Below are positions 36,044 through 45,110 of a stretch of 64,000 nucleotides of DNA, piece by piece. The stretch comes from a bacterium (GTDB lineage Bacteria > Bacillota_I > Bacilli_A > RFN20 > CAG-288): positions 31,947-95,946 of the forward strand of contig CAVKZJ010000004.1 of assembly GCA_963660905.1 (NCBI GenBank). Direction: 5' to 3'. The position numbers were made by a program, and so were the translations under genes. Below the pieces are notes generated by a model. It ran no database searches and was not told the origin of the DNA. It saw nothing but the letters and a program-made list of their open reading frames with translations. The stretch's first letter is position 1, and each line of letters opens with the position of its first letter.

Positions 36044-36850
36044 TTACGAAGCGGATTTGGCTTCCTCAGCCGCCTTGTTGTACAAAGAAGACAATGTGCC
36101 ATCTTTCTTGGCATCGGAAATCACTTCGTTGACCAACTTGATCAAGGAAGATCCGGTATCCAGTTTCGTTGCAATGCCATAGCTGGCCTGATCATTGAAA
36201 TCCACGGTGGTCAACTTCTTCAATCCAGAGGTTCTAGTGATGATGGCATCTGCAACGGAGGATTCCACAACCAAGGCCTCAATCTGATTGGCCTGAAGAG
36301 CCAAGGTAAGATCGGCAACGGATGTAACCACCATATTGGAGGAATTCCACCCTTTTTCCTGAATGTAGTCCGCCTGGACAGTGCCCTGCTGTGCACCGCA
36401 CTTTTTGGTTTTCAGAACATCCATCGATTCGATTTCGGTGGAATCTTTGACAAGAACAGCCGTCGTCGTGTCATAATAGCCATCCGAAAAGAGGACAGAT
36501 TTGCTTCTCTCCTCATCGATCGTCATCGCAGCGGCGACGAGGTCGACTTTATCTGTCTGAATCGCGCCGATCAGACTGTCAAAGGACATATCGCTCCATT
36601 TGATGGTGAGATCGATGTTGTATTCTTTTTCGATTTTCTTCTCAATCAGGGAAACGACATCCACATCAAAACCGATGATGTTTCCGCTCGCATCCGTATA
36701 TTCGAATGGAACATAGGTGGCTTCCGTACCGACTGTCAGAATTTTCGTCGAAACGATTTTCGAAAGAACATCTTCCGACTTTTTGCATCCCGTCATGGAG
36801 AGAAGAGAAAGAAGAGAAGCAGCAACTTTGATCGTCTTGGATAGTTTCAT
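36044..36850 (-). CDS. amino-acid ABC transporter substrate-binding lipoprotein (ArtP-like position)
   Basis: 268 aa with lipobox LSMTGC. It has family-3 solute-binding-like sequence (GTEATYVPFEY..., VDLVAAAMTIDEER) and an AGGAGG RBS. Confidence 0.88.
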   Translation of the reverse strand: MKLSKTIKVAASLLSLLSMTGCKKSEDVLSKIVSTKILTVGTEATYVPFEYTDASGNIIGFDVDVVSLIEKKIEKEYNIDLTIKWSDMSFDSLIGAIQTDKVDLVAAAMTIDEERSKSVLFSDGYYDTTTAVLVKDSTEIESMDVLKTKKCGAQQGTVQADYIQEKGWNSSNMVVTSVADLTLALQANQIEALVVESSVADAIITRTSGLKKLTTVDFNDQASYGIATKLDTGSSLIKLVNEVISDAKKDGTLSSLYNKAAEEAKSAS

Positions 36851-36894
36851 GATATACCTCCTTACTGGTGAATGAAACTTTCCTTTTAAGAGTT

Positions 36895-37155
36895 AAAAAA
36901 AGTCCTCAAACTCCTAAAAAGAAGTCTAAGGACGCATGACACGTGGTACCACCTTAGTTCATCATCTACTATCAACCTTCATAGATGACCTTCAGAATAT
37001 TTTCAGATTCCTAGCGATGACGGGCTTCCCGGCAATCATTACTTTATTTCCTGATTGCAGCTCCAAGGCTCGTTCCCAGTCCTTAATCACCGTCCTCCCA
37101 TCAACGACGGCTCGCTTTGGATGTATCTACTGGTACTACTCCTCTTCGTAGCTTT
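36895..37155 (-). promoter_or_regulatory. T-box riboswitch leader (specifier read as CGA, Arg) with terminator
   Basis: Features on the minus strand: Stem I with GAAGAGGAGTAGTA (K-turn/S-turn side); AG bulge/distal loop AGCGAG...GTTGATGGGAG; and specifier loop GAA-CGA-G (CGA at 37070-37072). The T-box sequence is AACTAAGGTGGTACCACGTG (36940-36959). The terminator is GTCCTTAGAC...GTTTGAGGAC plus T7 (36895-36933). Confidence 0.85.
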
Positions 37156-37162
37156 GCCCGAA

Positions 37163-37191
37163 AGTATAGCGATATTCTCTAAAAAAGTAAA
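37163..37191 (-). promoter_or_regulatory. promoter of the T-box-controlled transporter operon
   Basis: Minus strand: TTTACT (37186-37191), 17-nt spacer, TATACT (37163-37168). Confidence 0.55.
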
Positions 37192-37321
37192 GACAGAAAA
37201 TGAAAAATTGTTTTCCATATCAGCATGAAAGGGCATTCGCATAAAATCTGAAAAGAAAGTATAAAAAGCAATAAGAAGACATCAAACTTTTGAGTCGAAC
37301 ACGAAATCGTTAAATTTTCAT

Positions 37322-37351
37322 GTCAAATAAAAGGCTGCCCGAAGGCAGCCC
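37322..37351 (-). terminator. rho-independent terminator after eno (UUCG tetraloop)
   Basis: Minus strand reads GGGCTGCC-TTCG-GGCAGCC followed by TTTTATTTG, 22 nt after the eno stop. Confidence 0.85.
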
Positions 37352-37372
37352 GATAACAGACGATAGAAGCGA

Positions 37373-38689
<1,317 letters not shown>

Positions 38690-38703
38690 TTATGACCGCT
38701 AGT

Positions 38704-38731
38704 ATTATAGCCGAATTTTTTTCTTTGTAAA
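38704..38731 (-). promoter_or_regulatory. eno promoter
   Basis: Minus strand: TTTACA (38726-38731), 16-nt spacer, TATAAT (38704-38709), then the AAGGAG RBS. Confidence 0.65.
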
Positions 38732-38740
38732 ACATTTATG

Positions 38741-38781
38741 AAAAGAAAAGAGGCATTTATCATACATAGTATGATAGCCTC
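38741..38781 (-). terminator. rho-independent terminator after the pncB-nadM pair
   Basis: Minus strand reads GAGGC-TATCATAC-TAT-GTATGATA-AAT-GCCTC followed by TTTTCTTTTC. Confidence 0.7.
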
Positions 38782-38841
38782 AATGCATGGGAAATGCCAA
38801 AAAGCCTTCTTTACTCATGCCAAATAGTTTTCCAATGCTTT

Positions 38842-39375
38842 TTATGAAAGAGACAAAAGAATCTTTCTTAATTCATCGTAAAGAGGATGAATTTCACTCG
38901 GCGTGTATTTATTCCATTCCTCTAGGTTGTCTTCGATCATATCCATTCTCAGCTGGGATGCGGAAATCAGAATATCGCTCCGATCAACTTTATGAATGAC
39001 AAGGTTCTTTTTTCTTTCAGGAGAAAACCAGTTTTCAATTTTCTCTTCTTTTCCGGAGACAAAGAGATCCGGGTCCCTTTTTTCGGATTGAAAGATTGTC
39101 TTGAAAAGATATTCTCCCCATTGTGGGACATTTCCCACTCCGATATCCGGCAAAGGAAGAATCTCGACATCCTTTGGATACACTAAGGAAATCATACTCT
39201 TTCTCTCCTCGAACGTAAATGGATTCTCCTTTGTCCTCATCTTGTCGCTCGAACCGACAAGGACGATGGTTTTCTTAGCATATTTCATCGAATCTTCTAT
39301 CAAAGACTTATGTCCGTTATGAAAGAGCTGAAATCTTCCAACAACGAATCCGATGTCAAAAACTTTTTCTGACAT
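38842..39375 (-). CDS. nicotinamide/nicotinate-nucleotide adenylyltransferase, NadM (archaeal-type) family
   Basis: 177 aa from the ATG at 39375, one nt after the pncB stop (the ORF-track start at 39402 is TTG). Cytidylyltransferase motif VVGRFQLFHNGH resembles the NadM GRFQPFHxGH. Confidence 0.75.
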   Translation of the reverse strand: MSEKVFDIGFVVGRFQLFHNGHKSLIEDSMKYAKKTIVLVGSSDKMRTKENPFTFEERKSMISLVYPKDVEILPLPDIGVGNVPQWGEYLFKTIFQSEKRDPDLFVSGKEEKIENWFSPERKKNLVIHKVDRSDILISASQLRMDMIEDNLEEWNKYTPSEIHPLYDELRKILLSLS

Positions 39376-39376
39376 A

Positions 39377-40579
39377 TCAGAAATGCTCTTTATCTCTTTC
39401 AAGTCGAAAAGCGATTGATCTCTTCAGGTAGGAAAGATATTCTTCATTGTCCGACATGGTTTTTCCAGGTGCATCGGAAACCTTCGCAACCGGTCGGCCG
39501 TTGACATACTGTAGCTTAATGACGATATTCAACGGTGGAATCATCGTATCATTGGTAATGTAGGTGCCGATGCCAAAATTGACTCTTGCCTTATCCTTGA
39601 AATAATCATAAAGTTTCTGTGCTTTGTCGAAATTCAGGGAATCGGAGAAAAGAAGTGTCTTTGTCTTCGGATCGACCTGATATTTCTTATAATGGGCAAT
39701 CATCTTTTCACCCCAGACATAAGGGTCCCCGGAATCATGGCGGACGCCATTGTAGTTATTTACCATAGAGCGATTGAAATCAAGAAGGAAGAGATCCGTC
39801 GTCAAGGTATCCGTCAGGGCTGTTCCATTGTCTCCCTGATATTCGCTATACCAGTCTTTGAGAGCACAATGATTCGTATAGGCTAACGGTATTGAATCGA
39901 TGCCCTGATACATCTGCACGAATTCATGCGCATATGTGCCGATTGGCTTGAGGTGATATTTATAGGCAAAATAGACATTGCTTGTTCCAATCATATTGGG
40001 ACATTTTTCCTTGAGCTGGCAGATGACATCATCCATCCATTCTCTGGAAAGTCTTCTTCTGGCACCGAATTCGGCAAACGAGAACGTATAGATTCCATCT
40101 TGGAATTTTTTGATTTTCTCTTCCAGTTTGGCCTGGGCACTCTTTTTCAGTTCCTCATAGTCATATTGGAATCGGAAATAGACTTCTGAAATGATTTCCA
40201 AAAGATAGATCTCAAACTGCATACTGGAAAACATCGGTCCACGCACGATGACTTTCAGTTCTCCTTTTTCATCCAGTGAGGTTGTAACATAATCACGTAT
40301 CGGATGATATAAACGAAGAAATTCCACATAGTCATTCTTTATAAAGCGGATGCTTCTTAGATAATCCAATTCATCCTTCGTAAAAGAAAGTGTGCAAAGA
40401 TGATCAATCTGCTCATTGATTTCCTCGAGCATTTCCTTAGTAAAGACAATGTTCTCATTTCGGCACTTAAAATGGTATTCTCCCGTCAAATCCGTATGCT
40501 GATGGAAAATGACCTGATCCATATTGAATTTATATAGATCTGTATCCAGTAAAGATTCGACAATCGGCTGTAACTTCAT
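39377..40579 (-). CDS. pncB: nicotinate phosphoribosyltransferase
   Basis: 400 aa from the ATG at 40579, with GAGGT upstream (the ORF-track start at 40633 is GTG). The N-terminus SLLDTDLYKFNMDQVIFHQH matches the E. coli-type PncB signature. Confidence 0.85.
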   Translation of the reverse strand: MKLQPIVESLLDTDLYKFNMDQVIFHQHTDLTGEYHFKCRNENIVFTKEMLEEINEQIDHLCTLSFTKDELDYLRSIRFIKNDYVEFLRLYHPIRDYVTTSLDEKGELKVIVRGPMFSSMQFEIYLLEIISEVYFRFQYDYEELKKSAQAKLEEKIKKFQDGIYTFSFAEFGARRRLSREWMDDVICQLKEKCPNMIGTSNVYFAYKYHLKPIGTYAHEFVQMYQGIDSIPLAYTNHCALKDWYSEYQGDNGTALTDTLTTDLFLLDFNRSMVNNYNGVRHDSGDPYVWGEKMIAHYKKYQVDPKTKTLLFSDSLNFDKAQKLYDYFKDKARVNFGIGTYITNDTMIPPLNIVIKLQYVNGRPVAKVSDAPGKTMSDNEEYLSYLKRSIAFRLERDKEHF

Positions 40580-40755
40580 ATATTTATACCTCAATATTTT
40601 CCTGTGGGTGGTTATTCTATCATTTTTATTCACGTACGTATAGCGATGAAAATCAAGATGACTGTCACCAGTTCCAGGAAAGAAGACACATTTTCTTAAG
40701 AAAAAATCACTATTGAATCAGAGAAAACAATAAGGAAAGCCATGCATGGAAGTCT

Positions 40756-43700
40756 TCATGAGAGAAGGAAGTGAAGATCCTCCGTGTTGATATTCATGAT
40801 GGCACCATCGCCTTCCTGAATGACACTGGAAAGATCCTTTTTCTTTCTTTGAAGCTGGATGACTCTTTCCTCGATGGTATTTTTGCTGATCAGCTTGAAG
40901 ACAGTCACATTTCTCTTTTGTCCGATGCGGTGGGCTCTATCCGTCGCCTGATCCTCAGCCGCCAGATTCCACCAGGGGTCAAGATGAATGACAATATCCG
41001 CTCCGATAAGATTCAATCCGGTTCCACCCGCCTTGAGGGAAACAAGCATGACAGAAATATTCTCCTTGGTATTGAAAGATTCTCCTTGAATGAGTCGATC
41101 CTTCGCCGACGTCTCACCGGTGATAAGATAGCTCTCGATTCCATTTTCTTTCAAGATTTCCTTCATGTGCTCAAGAGTCTTGGCAAAGAAAGAGAAGATC
41201 AGGACTTTGTGTCCATTGAGAATGGCAGACTTGGTCATTTCGAGGCATGAGAGAAGTTTTTCGCCGATGGCTGGAAAATCAGAAAGGAACATGCTCGGAT
41301 CCACGCAGATTTCCCTGAGCCTGGTGATTTCCGCAAGAATCGAAATCTTATTCTTATTCGAATCAAGGCTGTTCCTTGCATTTTGGATATAGGCATCATA
41401 GAGTTCCCTTTGCTTGTCATTGAGATTGATCATGATTGCCTGTTCTTCCTTCTTTGGGAGATCCTTGAGCACGTCTTCCTTCTTTCTTTTCAGCACGAAG
41501 GGTGCGATCTTGTTCATAAGATCCTGTTTCTGATGTGGATTCTCTATGGATAGTTTTCCATAGATTTCCTTAAAGGAAGAATACCCCATCAGATAACCCG
41601 GCATGAGGAAATCGAAAATCGACCATAAATCCGCTAGGGAATTCATGATTGGCGTACCTGTCAGAACGAATTTATGCTCCGCATAGATTTCCTTGACCGC
41701 CTTTGTCTTCTTCGCATAGACATTCGAAATATTCTGTCCCTCATCCAAGATGAGATAGGAAAATGCATATTTTTCGAATTCATCGAGGTCGTTTCGCAAA
41801 GAATCATAAGAGACAATATAGACTTCCTTCTTATTCGGATCGATTTCAGAAAGAAGAGTTTCCCGATTCGTCTTGTTGCCATCAAAGACATAGACTTTCT
41901 CAGACTTGTCCCATCTTGAAAATTCATTTTCCCAATTGTAGATCAAAGCCTTCGGGGTGACAATCAATATCGGTTTTTCTTCCTTGCAGAGAGATAGAAG
42001 GGCGATGATTTGCAACGTCTTTCCCAAACCCATATCATCAGCCAAAATGCCGCTGAGGTTGTGCCTGGAAAGCGTATAAAGCCATTTGATGCCATCTTCC
42101 TGGTAGGGACGAATCGTCTTTTTCAAAGAAGGGGAAAGAGGAATCTCCTGATTCTTGAAGTTCTTGATTTCGTCAAACAGATCTTTCACTTCTTTCGAAT
42201 AAAGAAGACTCACCTCATCGCTCTGATACGTGGAAAGCTTCAGTGCCTCATAAAGAGGCAATCTTTCTTTCGTCAGGGATGTCAATGAAAATTCATCGGC
42301 AATCCTCTTAAAAGAAAGAGAGTCTGTCTCATCAAAGGAAATGAAGGAATCCTTCATTCGGACATACCTCTTCTTCTCACGGTAAGCGGAGAGAATCTTT
42401 TCCATTTCATCCTTGGAAAAACGATCGGAACCAAAATCCATATCGAGCCAATCGATATTGTTCTTCAGCTGGATGCGGATATTCCCAACGCCGTTCACTT
42501 TCCGATGAACGAGATTATCGCTCAGATACAAGGAACATGTCTTCTTCAGTGGATAGAGATCTTCCTTCAAAAAGGCAAGAATCTTCTCCTGGGATTCGAA
42601 TTTCCCGTTTTCCGGTAGTTCGAAAAAGGAAAGAGCCGAAAGAAAATTCTCCATCTTCTTTTCCCCGATCGGAAGAGACTTGAATTCCTCCAAACTCACC
42701 TTATTTCCATCAAAAAAGTATTCTGTCGAAAAGGAAAGTGCATCCTCATCGAGATAAGTGACGTAATATTTGATTTCACATTGACGGATTCGATGCTTTT
42801 TCTGATATTCCTCTTTTCCTTCCACCTCATCAAGGCAAGGGAGGATATCTTCGGAGATTTCCTTGACAAAAAGCGAGTAGGGAAAATCAGAATGTTCATG
42901 GATGAAGGAAGAGAGCATCGCCTCTCTTTCATTCCGAAAGGAAAGAAGAGAAATCCTTCGTTCCTCTTCCTGAAGGAGAATCGCTTCTGATTTTTCTGCT
43001 ATCAGAACGCCTTTGAGATATGGGACAAGGCTCAGATTCCCTTCCTCATCCACATGGATTGTCACTTTCTCTTCTTCTTTGTCGATCAGATAAAGCTTTT
43101 CATCGAGATGCACTTCTCTTCCTTTCATCAGGAAGAGAAAATCGACCAATTCCTTTTTATTCAGAGGAAGTGCCACATCCTCTTTTTCTTCATGAGAAAG
43201 TAAGCATCCCTGCAAGAATGAGATGACTTCCTTTTCCTCATCCATTATGTTTTCCATCGATAGGGAGAAAATATCTTTATAAAAAGAAATTCTTCCCTTG
43301 GTCTTTAGGCACTGCAGGAACTGCGGCGTGCTTTTGGCAAAATATTGTCGATTATGGATCTCAACTTTGATGCGGAGGAAGAAATTATCTTCATTTCTTC
43401 CTAGGAAATAAGAAAGATTGATTTTTTCTGGCGTCTTGATCATCTTCTCTTCCTGTGTCTCGAGCAATTGGTCCGAGAGGTTCTTGATGAGGGGAAGATA
43501 TTTGTTTCGCAAAAGGACATAGTCCTTCGAAAGACTGGCCAAGGAGGAAATCTCATCATAATGAAGAGCGTATTTCTTCTTTATTTCCTCATTTGTCATC
43601 TTCTTTTCTATTTCATGGATATAGCAGGCCAATGAAAGGGAATAGAGATCTTCCTTGCCCATGAGGTTCTTGATTTTCCGATCATTGGAAACCTTCAACG

Positions 43701-43881
43701 AATGATAGATTCCCTTCTTTTGATCGATTGCCTCATAAAGAAGCGAAGAGGAGTCCTTCTCAAAAGAAAAGACAATCAAAAGATCCTTCAGGCTTTCATA
43801 GAAAGCCAAGGCATTCTCATCGTCTTCGATTTTCTTTTTATAAAGTGCGATTTCCTCTTCATCAATATCAATCAAAAACAT
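40756..43881 (-). CDS. SNF2-family helicase/translocase with ~590-aa N-terminal region
   Basis: 1041 aa. Motif I ILADDMGLGKTLQ, motif II LILDEGQNISN, and helicase-C LVSLKAGGTGLNLIGADIVIHLDPWWNLAAEDQATDRAHRIGQ. AGGAG sits 6 nt before the ATG. Confidence 0.92.
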   Translation of the reverse strand: MFLIDIDEEEIALYKKKIEDDENALAFYESLKDLLIVFSFEKDSSSLLYEAIDQKKGIYHSLKVSNDRKIKNLMGKEDLYSLSLACYIHEIEKKMTNEEIKKKYALHYDEISSLASLSKDYVLLRNKYLPLIKNLSDQLLETQEEKMIKTPEKINLSYFLGRNEDNFFLRIKVEIHNRQYFAKSTPQFLQCLKTKGRISFYKDIFSLSMENIMDEEKEVISFLQGCLLSHEEKEDVALPLNKKELVDFLFLMKGREVHLDEKLYLIDKEEEKVTIHVDEEGNLSLVPYLKGVLIAEKSEAILLQEEERRISLLSFRNEREAMLSSFIHEHSDFPYSLFVKEISEDILPCLDEVEGKEEYQKKHRIRQCEIKYYVTYLDEDALSFSTEYFFDGNKVSLEEFKSLPIGEKKMENFLSALSFFELPENGKFESQEKILAFLKEDLYPLKKTCSLYLSDNLVHRKVNGVGNIRIQLKNNIDWLDMDFGSDRFSKDEMEKILSAYREKKRYVRMKDSFISFDETDSLSFKRIADEFSLTSLTKERLPLYEALKLSTYQSDEVSLLYSKEVKDLFDEIKNFKNQEIPLSPSLKKTIRPYQEDGIKWLYTLSRHNLSGILADDMGLGKTLQIIALLSLCKEEKPILIVTPKALIYNWENEFSRWDKSEKVYVFDGNKTNRETLLSEIDPNKKEVYIVSYDSLRNDLDEFEKYAFSYLILDEGQNISNVYAKKTKAVKEIYAEHKFVLTGTPIMNSLADLWSIFDFLMPGYLMGYSSFKEIYGKLSIENPHQKQDLMNKIAPFVLKRKKEDVLKDLPKKEEQAIMINLNDKQRELYDAYIQNARNSLDSNKNKISILAEITRLREICVDPSMFLSDFPAIGEKLLSCLEMTKSAILNGHKVLIFSFFAKTLEHMKEILKENGIESYLITGETSAKDRLIQGESFNTKENISVMLVSLKAGGTGLNLIGADIVIHLDPWWNLAAEDQATDRAHRIGQKRNVTVFKLISKNTIEERVIQLQRKKKDLSSVIQEGDGAIMNINTEDLHFLLS

Positions 43882-45085
43882 GGTCTTCTCCTTGATAGAT
43901 CGTTAGACACGATTCTTCCAACAGGTGATTCTTTGCCAGTGTCAGAAGATAGTCTCTTCTTTTTTCTTCGCTCCGATAGGAATATTCCTTCATGGAAGAA
44001 GAGAAAAGAAGATCTTTTTTTATCTCCGGATAGCAAGAGATGCAAAGATAGATGTCTTTTGAATCCGAAGTCTCTCTTTGGCATCTTTTTTCCAAGGCCG
44101 AAAGAAGATAGGTCGCATATTCATCTTTATATTTTTCCTTGATGAGAGAGGAAAGGGATGTAAATTCATCCAATGTGAGATATTTGAGAATCTCTTTTTT
44201 GCTTTCGCCTCCCTGGATCAGAAGATAGGGCTTTTCAAGGTGGTTTGCTTCCACAACCCGGGAAAGATAGTTTTCCTGTTCCTCTTTCTCCTCATCGGAG
44301 AGAAGGGAATAATACTGATAGAACTCTGAGAAATTCACGCTATTGGCAAAAAGGAAATTATGATAGGCAAATTTCAATAAGGAGAAGAGTTTCTCTTCCT
44401 TTGCAAAAGAGATGATCTTCTCATAGCATTCCTTGCTGATGAGAATATTCTTATTCCGCAAAAAGGCGATGAGGATCTGTTCTTTCTTCCTTTTGAGCAG
44501 GGCATAGATGACCATATCGAAAAGGGTATACTGATCGAGGCTATTCTCCGCAATATAGAGAAAGGTCGAATCAGATAAAGAATCGGCAATCTGTTCGATT
44601 CTCGAGGCAAAGATTTCCCTTAGGAGAGGATTATCCTGGGAATTGTATTCATCCACGAATTCCTGGTTGACGCCCAGAGTGAAGTGTTCATCCCTTATCG
44701 CCTTGACCAAAAAGGAAGTCGCCTCTGGTCTTTTTCTCATCAGGAGCCAAAAACTGCCGAAGAGTCTCGAAAAATGACTTTCATCCATCTTGAGAGGCTT
44801 TGTAAAAGATAAAAATCGATCACCGAGCTTCTTTCTCTCCGAAAGGGGATAGGCTCGATAGGCATCACGGAAAAGATTGGCAATGGTCCGGACTTTTTCC
44901 ATCCCGAGCCAGGAAAGATAATTCTCCAAATAGATTTTTTGGGCAATCGAAAAAAAGTCATCCGGAGAATCATACATCTTGACGATAAGAGAAGTCATCT
45001 TTTCAGAATACTTGTAGGAGGTTAATTTTTCAGATTCCATATTTCTTTTTTTGCCGAATGCATCGGACATTTCATTATAAGTCAA
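43868..45085 (-). CDS. hypothetical helical protein, translationally coupled to the SNF2 helicase gene
   Basis: 405 aa, no TM, no motif I recognise. It overlaps the SNF2 gene by 14 nt and carries that gene's RBS. Confidence 0.65.
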   Translation of the reverse strand: MTYNEMSDAFGKKRNMESEKLTSYKYSEKMTSLIVKMYDSPDDFFSIAQKIYLENYLSWLGMEKVRTIANLFRDAYRAYPLSERKKLGDRFLSFTKPLKMDESHFSRLFGSFWLLMRKRPEATSFLVKAIRDEHFTLGVNQEFVDEYNSQDNPLLREIFASRIEQIADSLSDSTFLYIAENSLDQYTLFDMVIYALLKRKKEQILIAFLRNKNILISKECYEKIISFAKEEKLFSLLKFAYHNFLFANSVNFSEFYQYYSLLSDEEKEEQENYLSRVVEANHLEKPYLLIQGGESKKEILKYLTLDEFTSLSSLIKEKYKDEYATYLLSALEKRCQRETSDSKDIYLCISCYPEIKKDLLFSSSMKEYSYRSEEKRRDYLLTLAKNHLLEESCLTIYQGEDHVFD

Positions 45086-45110
45086 TTTTCAAAAGAAAGA
45101 CGAAGAAATC

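Noticed and set aside
36936-37151. 71-aa plus-strand ORF in the spacer between the SBP gene and eno
   Set aside because: It lies exactly over the minus-strand T-box leader. The region is explained by that RNA element, and the ORF has no RBS.
40663-40690. Possible NiaR-type operator upstream of pncB (TGTGTC...GGTGACA on the minus strand)
   Set aside because: It is only a weak, imperfect half-palindrome. I cannot reproduce the NiaR consensus reliably from memory, and the match is not convincing.
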